Below, piece by piece: positions 10,070 through 19,400 of a stretch of DNA of 64,000 bases. The translations under genes were made by a program, and so were the position numbers. Within the stretch, counting starts at the first letter, position 1, and each line of letters begins with the position of its first letter. The notes under the pieces were generated by a model. It did no database searches. It was not told where the DNA came from and saw only the letters and a list, made by a program, of their open reading frames with translations. The stretch is from Candidatus Hinthialibacter antarcticus (lineage in GTDB: Bacteria; Hinthialibacterota; Hinthialibacteria; Hinthialibacterales; Hinthialibacteraceae). The stretch lies in the NCBI GenBank assembly GCA_030765645.1, contig JAVCCE010000063.1:137626-201625 (forward strand), written 5' to 3'.

Positions 10070-10791
10070 TCGTTTTCAATCGTATCAGTTAAGATGTCAA
10101 GTTGGGTCTCGATACGGCCGTCAATGCCGCCGGATGGAGAGTCAATCATCACGCCGCCTTTGTCGACGCGTGGGTCAACCGCGATGTCAATTTTTTCAAG
10201 GTCGTCAAATTCTTTCATGAATTCAGGCGCCCATTCTTCGACGGCGGCTTTATCATCTTCGTGGAGGAGGATGCGGATGGATTTGCGGTCTGCGGTTTGT
10301 TGAATACACTCCTGGGTAATGCGGACCGCGATCTGGTCGTCTTCTTCGAGTTTTAATTGCAAAATACGCGACATCGCGTCGCAAATGATGCTGCGAATTT
10401 CCGGTTCCTGATCGCGAAACATCCCCTCTAGTATGGCCTGGCCTTCTACCGTCATGGCTTTGAGTTGTTGCACCAAACCGGCGATTTGCTGCTTTGATTC
10501 TTGCAACCCTTGGTTGAGGCCTTCTTGATGGCCTTGTTCTTTGGCTTGTTCACGAACAGCGGCGTTTTCTTCTTCCAACTGCGCTTTCATTTCTTCAAGT
10601 TCTTGTTGAGCGGCGTTACGTAGCGCTTCGGCTTCTTCATGCGCTTCTTCGCGAACCCGTTCCGATTCGACGCGCACGGCGTCAATCAATTCCGCCGCCT
10701 CGTCTTCCGCATGGCGCATCACTTTGTCGCGCTCAACAATGTTGTAATCGCGCTCAAATTGAATATTAGGCGCTTTAATGATTCGGCTCAT
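10066..10791 (-). CDS. fliH: Flagellar assembly protein FliH
   Basis: Glu/Ala-rich coiled-coil N-terminus, FliH C-terminal domain, 4-nt overlap with fliI, synteny. Confidence 0.75.
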   Translation of the reverse strand: MSRIIKAPNIQFERDYNIVERDKVMRHAEDEAAELIDAVRVESERVREEAHEEAEALRNAAQQELEEMKAQLEEENAAVREQAKEQGHQEGLNQGLQESKQQIAGLVQQLKAMTVEGQAILEGMFRDQEPEIRSIICDAMSRILQLKLEEDDQIAVRITQECIQQTADRKSIRILLHEDDKAAVEEWAPEFMKEFDDLEKIDIAVDPRVDKGGVMIDSPSGGIDGRIETQLDILTDTIENE

Positions 10792-10864
10792 GTTCGGGCT
10801 GCTTCCATGTTTGGGCGCTCTTCACTCAATTGTACTCGCATTCATACATCATTGCGGGGCGGTA

Positions 10865-11881
10865 TTAATTGACCATTTCATCTTGTCCGGGGCGATGGAT
10901 GATAATCTCACCATTTTCTTCCAGGCTGCGCAGGATGCTGACAATTCGTTGTTGCGATTCTTCAACCTGCTGTACGCGCACCGGCCCCATCAGGTCAATG
11001 TCTTCTTGTAGGATGCCCGCCGCTCGCGCTGATAAGTTGCTAAACACTTGTTTTCTGACGTCATCGCCAGCGCCCTTGAGCGCGGCGGCCAGTTCTTTCA
11101 TGTCGATAGAACTCAAGACGCGCTGCATGGAACGGTCGTCGAGCATAATCAAATCGTCGAATGTGAACATGCGCTTTTTGACTTCCGCCGCCAATTCGAC
11201 GTCTTGTTCTTGGATGGATTCCAAAATTTTCTTTCCAGAGGTCGGGTCGACTTGATTGAGCATTTCCGCCAGGGCGTCGACGCCGCCCGCTTCGCGGAAG
11301 TCGCTGGACAGGATGTTCGATAGTTTCTTTTCCAGGATGCGCTCAACGTCTGTAATGATTTCGGGGCTGGTGTGTTCCATGCTCGCGATGCGGATCGCGA
11401 CTTCTTGTTGCGTGTCAGGGGGGAGTTCAGACAAAATCAGCGCTGCTTGATCGTTGGTCAAGTGGGCGAGAATCAGCGCAATGGTTTGCGGGTGTTCATT
11501 GCGTACGAAATTGATGAGTTCCGCTGCATTGACATGCTTGAGAAAATCAAACGGGCGCCCGGCAATCACGCCTTGCAAGCGCTCCAGTATTTCCATTGTC
11601 TTGCCTGGTCCCAGCGCTTTTTCGAGGATTTCTTTTGCGGTATTCACGCCGCCGTGGCTCATATACTGCTTCGCCATCGCGGTGTGATAGAACTCCTCGA
11701 TCACCTGCGATTTATGTTCGCCGGTGACGTTCATCAGGTTGGCGATCTCTAACGTAATTTGCTCGATGTCGGAGTCAGCCAGACTCCGATAGACGTCGGC
11801 GGCGATTTCCGGCCCCAGCGACAGCATGAGTATCGCGGCTTTCTTTCGTCCTGTTAGCGTTCCCGGTTCTCTTGGAGGCAC
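10865..11881 (-). CDS. fliG: Flagellar motor switch protein FliG
   Basis: 338 aa, conserved FliG middle and C-terminal domains (..MFTFDDLIMLDDRSMQRVL..), synteny. Confidence 0.9.
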   Translation of the reverse strand: MPPREPGTLTGRKKAAILMLSLGPEIAADVYRSLADSDIEQITLEIANLMNVTGEHKSQVIEEFYHTAMAKQYMSHGGVNTAKEILEKALGPGKTMEILERLQGVIAGRPFDFLKHVNAAELINFVRNEHPQTIALILAHLTNDQAALILSELPPDTQQEVAIRIASMEHTSPEIITDVERILEKKLSNILSSDFREAGGVDALAEMLNQVDPTSGKKILESIQEQDVELAAEVKKRMFTFDDLIMLDDRSMQRVLSSIDMKELAAALKGAGDDVRKQVFSNLSARAAGILQEDIDLMGPVRVQQVEESQQRIVSILRSLEENGEIIIHRPGQDEMVN

Positions 11882-11946
11882 GGTCCTGCTCCCTTTACCC
11901 TAAGATTTAACAAATGCCAAATCGCGGCGCATCAACGCCGCAACCA

Positions 11947-13548
11947 TTAACTGTTCAACCAGGCTTTGATAATCGCCGCGACTTCTTCCGGCTTTTCCGC
12001 TGCGTAGTTGATGACGTGCTCCTGCATCTTGATCCGCCGTTGTTCTTCCGCCGGCAGGTTCGCAACATCGCCGAATTCCGCCAGGCCCAATTGCTGTAGG
12101 CTGAGCTCGCGCGTTTCGGTAACCGGCTCGATGGGCACTTCTTCTTGGATCTCTTCATCTTCGATTACCGCCGGGGCAAAGGCGCGTTGGAAGAACAGAT
12201 AGGCCAGATAACCCACTGCTAACAATAGAATCAACGGCAGCAGCGTACGGAACACGTTGCCTAACATCTGCCAGAATTCTTCGCGCGCTTGCATTTGTTC
12301 CAACGAGCGGTCGAACGGCGATTCATCCAGGACAAAAGTAATCGGCTCGCCGGGCAGGGGCATTGCGTCAAGCCCCGCTGCTACGCGCAGCGTCTCGGTC
12401 CATTGTGCGATGGTTGTGGGGTCGCGCTGTATTAAATTGCCGTCTTCATCTTCGGTGTAATCAATGGAAATGGAGACATATAAATCTTTGATAGCGCCCT
12501 GAGATTTTGCTTTGAGTATTTTTGACCAGGCATAATTGTAATTTGTAATTGCTTCTTCAATGGTTGTGCCCGTTTCTTCCGCTTCCGCTCCGATGCCTTC
12601 ATCTTGTACATTGGCGGCAACGCCGGGGGGGCCGGAAATGCCCTTCGTTTTTGATTCTTCATTATAGGTTTTTTCACTGATGGCTGCTTGCGTCTCGGGG
12701 TCGATCACAACTTCTTCGGTGCTTTGCTTTTCCCAATCTAAAAATGCGCTGACGGAGATGTCATAATTGTCAGGGCCAACGATTTTTTCGAGGCGCTGTT
12801 CAAGCTTTTGACGAACAAAATTTTCAACCGAAACTTTAACTTGAAGTTGGCGGCTGGCTTCTTTAACGCCGGGTTCAATGTTGTTGTCTTCGCTTAACGT
12901 GCGGTTGTTTTTATCGGTGACGATGACCTGTCCTGCTTGCAGTCCTGTCACCGAAGCGGCGACCAGGTTTTGGATGCCTTTTACTTCTGATGAATCGAGG
13001 TCGCGCTTGGCAATCACTTTGACTGACGCGCTGGGTGCGACCTTGTCGCTCTTGAATAGCGCGGTGCGTCCGGGGTTGATCGCAACCCGGGCGGAATCAA
13101 TCCGGGCGCCTTCGGTGATGACTTCCGAGAGAGTGTTTTGTAAGACGCGGCGGTATTGCGCGTCAAACATGCGGTCGGTCATGCCGAGTTGCACTTTGTC
13201 GAAGAGTTCAAATCCCGGGCCGGCGTCGAAGCCAATCAGTCCTTGTCCGGCGAGATCAATGGCGGTGATGTTTTTAATTTTCTCATCCACCATGATGCTT
13301 TTGCCGTCGGCGCTAATGCTGTATTTAATGTCATTTGCGTCTAAGTAGGTTTTGATTTCAGCCAGTTGGCCTACATCGCTGGTTTGGAGCAATTGAACAT
13401 ATTGCGGTTGGCTGACGTAATACACCGCTACGCCCATGGTCGCCAATAACAAGACGGGAATCGCAACAAATAGAATTTTTTGTTGCAGGCTGATTTGTTC
13501 CCATAGCCGGGTCAGCTGGTCTTGAAGCTGCTGGATGAAATCCTGCAT
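11947..13548 (-). CDS. fliF: Flagellar M-ring protein FliF
   Basis: 533 aa, N-terminal TM, RBM1-3 ring-building motifs, C-terminal TM and FliG-binding tail. Confidence 0.9.
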   Translation of the reverse strand: MQDFIQQLQDQLTRLWEQISLQQKILFVAIPVLLLATMGVAVYYVSQPQYVQLLQTSDVGQLAEIKTYLDANDIKYSISADGKSIMVDEKIKNITAIDLAGQGLIGFDAGPGFELFDKVQLGMTDRMFDAQYRRVLQNTLSEVITEGARIDSARVAINPGRTALFKSDKVAPSASVKVIAKRDLDSSEVKGIQNLVAASVTGLQAGQVIVTDKNNRTLSEDNNIEPGVKEASRQLQVKVSVENFVRQKLEQRLEKIVGPDNYDISVSAFLDWEKQSTEEVVIDPETQAAISEKTYNEESKTKGISGPPGVAANVQDEGIGAEAEETGTTIEEAITNYNYAWSKILKAKSQGAIKDLYVSISIDYTEDEDGNLIQRDPTTIAQWTETLRVAAGLDAMPLPGEPITFVLDESPFDRSLEQMQAREEFWQMLGNVFRTLLPLILLLAVGYLAYLFFQRAFAPAVIEDEEIQEEVPIEPVTETRELSLQQLGLAEFGDVANLPAEEQRRIKMQEHVINYAAEKPEEVAAIIKAWLNS

Positions 13549-13602
13549 GACGGCTCTCCTGTTTTTCTTTGCGCGTTAGCGCAGCAACTGCCTTCGCCCT
13601 CG

Positions 13603-13869
13603 TTAATTCTCTTTAACCGTTGTCGTCGTGGTCATTGTCTGTTTCGACTCGATCCCGGCGCCCTCGTCTTGCACATTGGAACTGATACCGGGAGGGGATG
13701 AGGTTCCAATGTGAATTGTCTCTTCGGTATATGACTTTTCGCTAATGACTACTTGCGTTTCTTGCATCAATGAATACGCAAGAGAATTGATGCCGATCAG
13801 CAACAAACAAACCGCAAGGATTCCAAAAAATTGACGACGGTGTTTGATGGTTTCGCTTGATGGTTTCAT
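13603..13869 (-). CDS. FliF-like fragment: TM helix plus about 45 aa with high identity to the FliF RBM3 segment
   Basis: ISEKSYTEETIHIGTSSPPGISSNVQDEGAGIE vs FliF ISEKTYNEESKTKGISGPPGVAANVQDEGIGAE (about 55 % identity); ATGA overlap with upstream mini-fliF. Confidence 0.45.
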   Translation of the reverse strand: MKPSSETIKHRRQFFGILAVCLLLIGINSLAYSLMQETQVVISEKSYTEETIHIGTSSPPGISSNVQDEGAGIESKQTMTTTTTVKEN

Positions 13870-14507
13870 TGTGGTTCTCCAACATTATGGTCATTCGTCA
13901 AATTCGCCATACTGACCATGTCGAGAGTTTCTAATTCATTCGCGTGGGCCAACGATTGACGGGCAACGCTGCGGATGGTGATCTGGTTTTCAGCAAGCGT
14001 TGGCGCCAGCGTAGACACCAGTTGATGGAGTTCTTCGATCTCGCGTTGTTGAAGCGGCGCGTGGGTGACAAGACGAATATAGGCGTGGGCGTCTCCGTAA
14101 TAAGCGAGTGCATTTGTATTGGGCGCAAGCGCAACCAGGGCGCGATCAATTTTTGCCGATGAATTTTCGATGGCTTGAGATAGCGACGTTTCAGGATCGG
14201 CGTCTAGGACGCTAAACAGGCGGGCGCCTTTGTTGAACCCCAAGAGCCCGCGTTGGGCCAGCTCTCCCGCCGTACGCTCGCGAACTTTTGAGCCGACCAA
14301 AATGTTATAGGTGCCTTTAACCAGGTAAGGGATGTTTTGTTCTTCGAGAAAACTGCGGATTTTCTGCGCGTGTGAGGCGTCAGGCGTAAACAACAACGGC
14401 TGAAGCAATCCCGTCGTTGGATACAATGCCGCGCAAAGAATCAACCATGTGGCGGTGGGGATCAACCATATCCCTGTTTTCAGGGTGCGTATCGACGCCA
14501 AACTCAT
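13866..14507 (-). CDS. Mini FliF/SctJ-like paralog: TM + RBM1 + RBM2 only (213 aa)
   Basis: FLEEQNIPYLVKGTYNILVGSKVRERTAGELAQRGLLGFNKGARLF parallels FliF YLDANDIKYSISADGKSIMVDEKIKNITAIDLAGQGLIGFDAGPGFELF; low overall identity. Confidence 0.5.
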   Translation of the reverse strand: MSLASIRTLKTGIWLIPTATWLILCAALYPTTGLLQPLLFTPDASHAQKIRSFLEEQNIPYLVKGTYNILVGSKVRERTAGELAQRGLLGFNKGARLFSVLDADPETSLSQAIENSSAKIDRALVALAPNTNALAYYGDAHAYIRLVTHAPLQQREIEELHQLVSTLAPTLAENQITIRSVARQSLAHANELETLDMVSMANLTNDHNVGEPQ

Positions 14508-14634
14508 CCCTCACTCCTTCATGATCGCCGCGACAGGCTCATAGACGCATCGAGGGCGAATCATTTCTAAATTTTGAATAGGGAATGAGGGTATAACAAA
14601 GACGCCGCGTCCCGCCGTTCTGGCTGGATGCGAA

Positions 14635-14652
14635 GCAAGGTGTGTCCCTCAA
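14635..14652 (-). promoter_or_regulatory. Candidate sigma54 (-24/-12) promoter upstream of mini-fliF/fliF block
   Basis: Minus strand AGGGAC-ACACC-TTGCT vs consensus TGGCAC-N5-TTGCW with correct GG/GC spacing; fleR-like sigma54 activator encoded in the same operon; two mismatches. Confidence 0.25.
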
Positions 14653-14741
14653 ACCCGAATAACCGCGCCATTGCGCGATCAAAAATAAAAAGTAAAACCG
14701 AATCGCTTATATTGTTCCGCGAAACGTCATTTGATTCAATG

Positions 14742-15065
14742 CTAAACTGGCGTCCGTTTTAATTCGCTCCATGCTTGCATTAACTGCTTGCGAATTTGCA
14801 TTAACAAATTAAACGCGACCCCGGCTTCTTCAACTGAAATCATCACTTCATGTACGTTGCTGATTTCGCCCGTCACTAACTTTTGTATTTTATCTGCAGC
14901 GCCGTGCTGCATGTTATTCACTTCATTGACCGAGTTCGCCAATAAGTCAACAAACGATCCGCCTGGCGCCTTTGGCGCAACCGGGCCGGATACGCCGTTC
15001 ATCCCTTCGGTGCGGGGCGTTGGGCCAATCGGCCCAACCGGCATCTGGTCGTAGGGGCTGCTCAC
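14742..15065 (-). CDS. fliE: Flagellar hook-basal body protein FliE
   Basis: 107 aa, FVDLLANSVNEVNNMQHGAADKIQKLVTGEISNVHEVMISVEEAGVAFNLLMQIRKQLMQAW FliE signature. Confidence 0.8.
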   Translation of the reverse strand: MSSPYDQMPVGPIGPTPRTEGMNGVSGPVAPKAPGGSFVDLLANSVNEVNNMQHGAADKIQKLVTGEISNVHEVMISVEEAGVAFNLLMQIRKQLMQAWSELKRTPV

Positions 15066-15370
15066 CCGTTCGTTTTCCCTTCGCCGTCAGCATTTGCGGC
15101 GTCGTTTTGTATGAGCGACTGCATCATTTGATGCATGTGCATCGTTCCACTAAAGGCGTCCTTGGCCGCGTCCATCGCCGATTGAACGTCGTCGAGGTTG
15201 GCTGGCGCGGACGATTCGATTTTTTCAACGTCCTGGCTGACTTTGCCCATCGCTTCAATCAGTTTGCCTTCAAACACGCCTTCTTGCGGTTTGGGCGTAG
15301 CGGGCTTCGGCGCAGCGGCCGGTTCGATGCCCGTGATTTGAGGCGGTATGCGTAACGGTGAATCATTCAT
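15062..15370 (-). CDS. Second, divergent FliE-like protein (tandem paralog)
   Basis: 102 aa, Pro/Ala-rich N-term then GVFEGKLIEAMGKVSQDVEKIE...DDVQSAMDAAKDAFSGTMHMHQMMQSL aligning to FliE helices; 4-nt overlap with fliE. Confidence 0.4.
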   Translation of the reverse strand: MNDSPLRIPPQITGIEPAAAPKPATPKPQEGVFEGKLIEAMGKVSQDVEKIESSAPANLDDVQSAMDAAKDAFSGTMHMHQMMQSLIQNDAANADGEGKTNG

Positions 15371-15401
15371 GGTTCTGTCCTCAACGCGTCAGGCTTGTTT
15401 T

Positions 15402-15842
15402 TTATTGTCCGCCGATTCGTAACGCGCGCGTTTGCATCTGTTTGTAAGCGTTAAATGATGTGACGTTGGCTTCATACGCCCGCGACGCATCAATGATATT
15501 GACCATCTCTTTTGTGACGTTGATATTGGGACGTAAGACGATTCCGTTTGGGTCGGCGAATGGATGCCCTGGATCATAAATTTTCATAAATGCGTGCTCG
15601 GAGCGGTCTTCCGTAATTTTCTGTACCTTGACGCCCGTGCCGATGATTCGGTTCAAGCGGCGCCTGGCCGTCGACATCGATTCGGAAAATGTACGCCCTG
15701 GCGCTTCAAAGATGACTTCGCGTTTGCGATAGGGAGACCCTTCCGCCGTGACCATTGTGTTGGCGTTGGCGATGTTATTTGAAATGACGTCCATACGGAT
15801 TCGCTGGGCGGTCATCCCCGATGCATTGATATGATAACTCAT
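15402..15842 (-). CDS. flgC: Flagellar basal-body rod protein FlgC
   Basis: MSYHINASGMTAQRIRMDVISNNIANANT N-terminal rod motif, 146 aa. Confidence 0.9.
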   Translation of the reverse strand: MSYHINASGMTAQRIRMDVISNNIANANTMVTAEGSPYRKREVIFEAPGRTFSESMSTARRRLNRIIGTGVKVQKITEDRSEHAFMKIYDPGHPFADPNGIVLRPNINVTKEMVNIIDASRAYEANVTSFNAYKQMQTRALRIGGQ

Positions 15843-15866
15843 CTACTCTCTCCTAGCCGCCCGGGT

Positions 15867-16292
15867 TTAGCGGGCGCCTGCCTCTTGCAACACGCGGCGC
15901 AAGCCTTGGTAGCGTCGGCGGATCAATTCGCTGAACTGGTCGCTGCGCTGGCTGTTTTCCGCCAAGTCGGCCATTTCCTGGTCAATGTTTACGTTGTTTT
16001 TATCCGGGCGAAAACGGGTCATATTATCAATATCGACCCGCGGCTGCACCAATGGAATTGCTTCCGGCCCGCCGATGATAAAATGGGCGGGGTGGGTGCG
16101 TCTTCCGCTGACGTCGGTTCCTCTCAGAACGCGCTTGAGTTGGTTTTCAAAATCAACCGTAGCGCGCTGATATTTTGGCGTATCGACATTGGCGATGTTA
16201 TTGGAGATCGCTTCATGCCGCTTACTTGCTCCCTCAATGCCCTTTTTGAGAACATGCAACGTCGTGTTATTAAACATTTGGGAAATCAGCAT
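15867..16292 (-). CDS. flgB: Flagellar basal-body rod protein FlgB
   Basis: KRHEAISNNIANVDTPKYQR motif, 141 aa, precedes flgC. Confidence 0.85.
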   Translation of the reverse strand: MLISQMFNNTTLHVLKKGIEGASKRHEAISNNIANVDTPKYQRATVDFENQLKRVLRGTDVSGRRTHPAHFIIGGPEAIPLVQPRVDIDNMTRFRPDKNNVNIDQEMADLAENSQRSDQFSELIRRRYQGLRRVLQEAGAR

Positions 16293-16438
16293 AAATCCGG
16301 TCCTTCAAATAAAAGAGTATCTAATTATTTAAGCAATAACCTTACCAATGTTTATCCTCGTGTAACTGCATATTCTGTATGTAGTTACAGTTATTCAATT
16401 ACTGACGGGTTCCCCTTAAAGGGCAACTCTTGCCTCAT

Positions 16439-19400
16439 TTAACCGCCTTGCAGCTGTTGATTGCGGGCCAATTCGCGTTGTTCGCGCAATCGCGCCAAAA
16501 TGGAGGCGATCAGTTTTCTTTTTGTATCGGCTTCGGCGATTCGGTCTGCCGAGCCTGTAATCTTTACGCGGTTATAGGCTTCTTCCGCTTTTCGTAAGTA
16601 TGTTTCATACATACTGTTATCGCCGTTTTGCTGGTATTGTTTGGCTTGTTCTTCATAAGCTTCACCCGTCAAAATTAGCGCGTCGGCGTATTGGGTGAGG
16701 TTGTCCATTGATTGTTCAGTTATGTTGCCGAGTTCGTTGACTGCTTGCGCGGGCTGGTTCATATCGAGATAGGCTTGACCAATCCGGTAGTGAATCATCC
16801 CGGTGCGTTGCGGCGCGTTGGCGTGGCGCAGATAGGCTTTATATGCGCTGATGCTCTCCGGGTAGTTATTTAAGCGATACTGAATATTGCCAATTGCATG
16901 TAGAGATTCTGCGTCATTGGGCAATTTTGCGTTATCCGGGAGCGGGTAATTTTTGGCCAGAGAGTCGAATGCGCCGAGCGCGTTGTTAAGTTCATCGTCG
17001 CTCTCTTGACCGGATTTTAAAGCCGATTCTTGAATGTGAGAACGGGCGATCTTTTTCAGAGACTCAAACCCCGGGCCTTTCACGCCTTTGGGCGTTCCAT
17101 AGTCGCGGACGATGCGGTTGTACCATTCCCGCGCACGGTCGGGCGAGAAGTGGCGCAAATAGGCGTCTGCGAGTTTCATCTTGACGCGAGCGTTGGGGTC
17201 GGGGTAGGCCTCGCCCAAATAGTCGCGGTAATAATCAATGGCTTTGTCATAATTCGCCAGCAGTGCGTTGATGTCGCCTAGGCGTTCAATGGTTTCGGGG
17301 ACGTGTTTTTTCGCGGCAGCGTCGTTTTGGTGTTTATCGAGCGCCTCTAATAAGTACTTTTCCGCGTCGCGTTGTTTGCCCGCAAAAAAGGCGCTGTGTC
17401 CCCGGTTGAACATGATTTCAATGAGATAACTTTTATTCTGGACATCAATGTATTTTGACAATTCGCGCGATTCGATGGCGCGATCATAGGTCAAGATCGC
17501 GTCGGCGTATTGCTGTTTTGCTTTCTCGCGAAGTTGTTGGGCTTGTAGTTGGTCGCTTTGCGCCTGTGATTTTGCCAGCAGGTCGTCCGCTTGCTGGTTG
17601 AGGTGCTGGCCGTATTCATCTTGAGCTTTGCCCATCCAATAGAGCGTCAAAAATGTGTAGTCGGTATCGGGGTAATTTTCTTTTGCGCTTTGAAAGCGGT
17701 TCAATGATTCTTCATAGTTTTTATCAACCAGGAAATAGGCGTTCGTCAAACGCAGTGTGGCCAAGTGGCTGATTTCGCCTTGACGTTCTTTGGGGAAGAA
17801 GGCGTCTTTCGCCAGCGCTTCACGGTAATATTTTTTGACGTTGGTATAATCTTTATTTTTCTTGGCCATTTCCCACGCGACATGGCCTAACAAATAATGC
17901 AGTTTGGCGTCTACGTCAGGGGATAATTTGGTTGTATTTTCCGTGTCTTCGCTTTCACCCAGGAGAATTTGCCCCGCCGCCATCGCTTCGGGATATTTTC
18001 GCATAATGAAGAGGGCTTCTGTTTTATTATAGATGATGTCTTCTTTGAGTTCTTTGTTATCGGTCGAAATCATCTCATCGTACAACGTGTTGGCTTTGCC
18101 GAGAAAATCTTGCGCCAGTTCGCGTTGCCGCGCCGCTTCATCGAGTAAGGTTTGGCGGTAGGTGATGCCTTCCGGGAACGATTGCGCGCCTTCCTCATTG
18201 CGGTTCCACAGTTCGCCGGCGGCGCGCCCACGCATCAGGTACATATCCGCCAACGGTTTAAAAATTTCATTTCGCTGGGCGTTCGAAAGGTTTGTGACCA
18301 AGCGCGCTTCGTTTTCTGCGGCTTCATAATGGCCAATTGATTCGCGCAGAAACGCATCGGCCTGTTCATTTTTTTCTTGTTCTTGGCTGCGTTCGTACAA
18401 ACGATATTGAATATCGCCTAACTCGGCGTGTATTTGAGATAAAGCCAAACGGTTCTCATCGGGTTTTGTTTCGAGGCGTTCCAAGGCTTGTTTATAGCGC
18501 TCGGTCGCTTCATTGAGCATGTTGAGTTCTTCTTCTTTATCGGTCTTGGCCCATTCCTGATAAATGTCAGCGATTTTTTGAATCGCTTCAACCGATTCCG
18601 GCGAGGTGCTAAATCGTTGCGCGAATTGGTCGAATTGATCAATGGCTTCTTGATAGCGTTTGAGCTTTTGTTGGGACAGCGCAATGCGCCACAGGGCCTC
18701 TTGTTGGTATTCAACCGGAACAAATTGATCTTCGCCGGCTACGCCTTGCGAGACGGCGCGGTTGGCGATTTTTTGCAAGTAGTCTAAATAAGTATTGTAG
18801 CGTTGCGTGGTTTGCCGGTAGGCTTCTTCTGATTTCTTTGCAATCGGGTCGGTATCTTCTTCTCCGGCGTTTTCTTCATACAGGTTCGCCAGTTCAAAGG
18901 TGATGTCGCACCAATTGTAGTAGGCGTCTTTCGTTAATGGCGTTTCAGGAAATTCGGTAATGTACGTTTCAAATTTTACTGAGGCGGCTTCTAATTCTCC
19001 TGCGCGTTCTTTCCAGCGTTCAGCGCTGAGGTAATCATATTCCGTCACAATGTCTCGGGCGCTTTCCTGGTGTGCGACTGCTTGGTCATAGATATCTTTT
19101 TGCGCTTTAGGGCTGAACCACATCCACCACGCAACGACGCAGACCAGCACAATAATCATCAAACTGAAAGCGCCGCCGATCAACGCCCAGGTTTCGCTGG
19201 GGGAAAGGTGGATGCGACTGAGGATTTTTTCGAGGAAGTTGGGAACGTATTCTTCTTCCTCTTCGCTGATGACGTCGCCGTCGCCAGCGCCGCCAGCGCC
19301 GCCTTCTTCACCGTCTAGTAGTTCGAGGTCTTCTTCATCTAACTCAACGCCTTCCATTTCATCTTCAAGGCCTTCAGTCAGTTCATCGGCGGCGTCATCA

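Noticed and set aside
16293-16438. Possible sigma54 promoter or terminator hairpin (GGCAAGAGTTGCC) between the TPR gene and flgB
   Set aside because: GG-to-GC spacing is 2 nt too short for a -24/-12 element, and the stem is only 5 bp with a 3-nt loop. It is not convincing as either.
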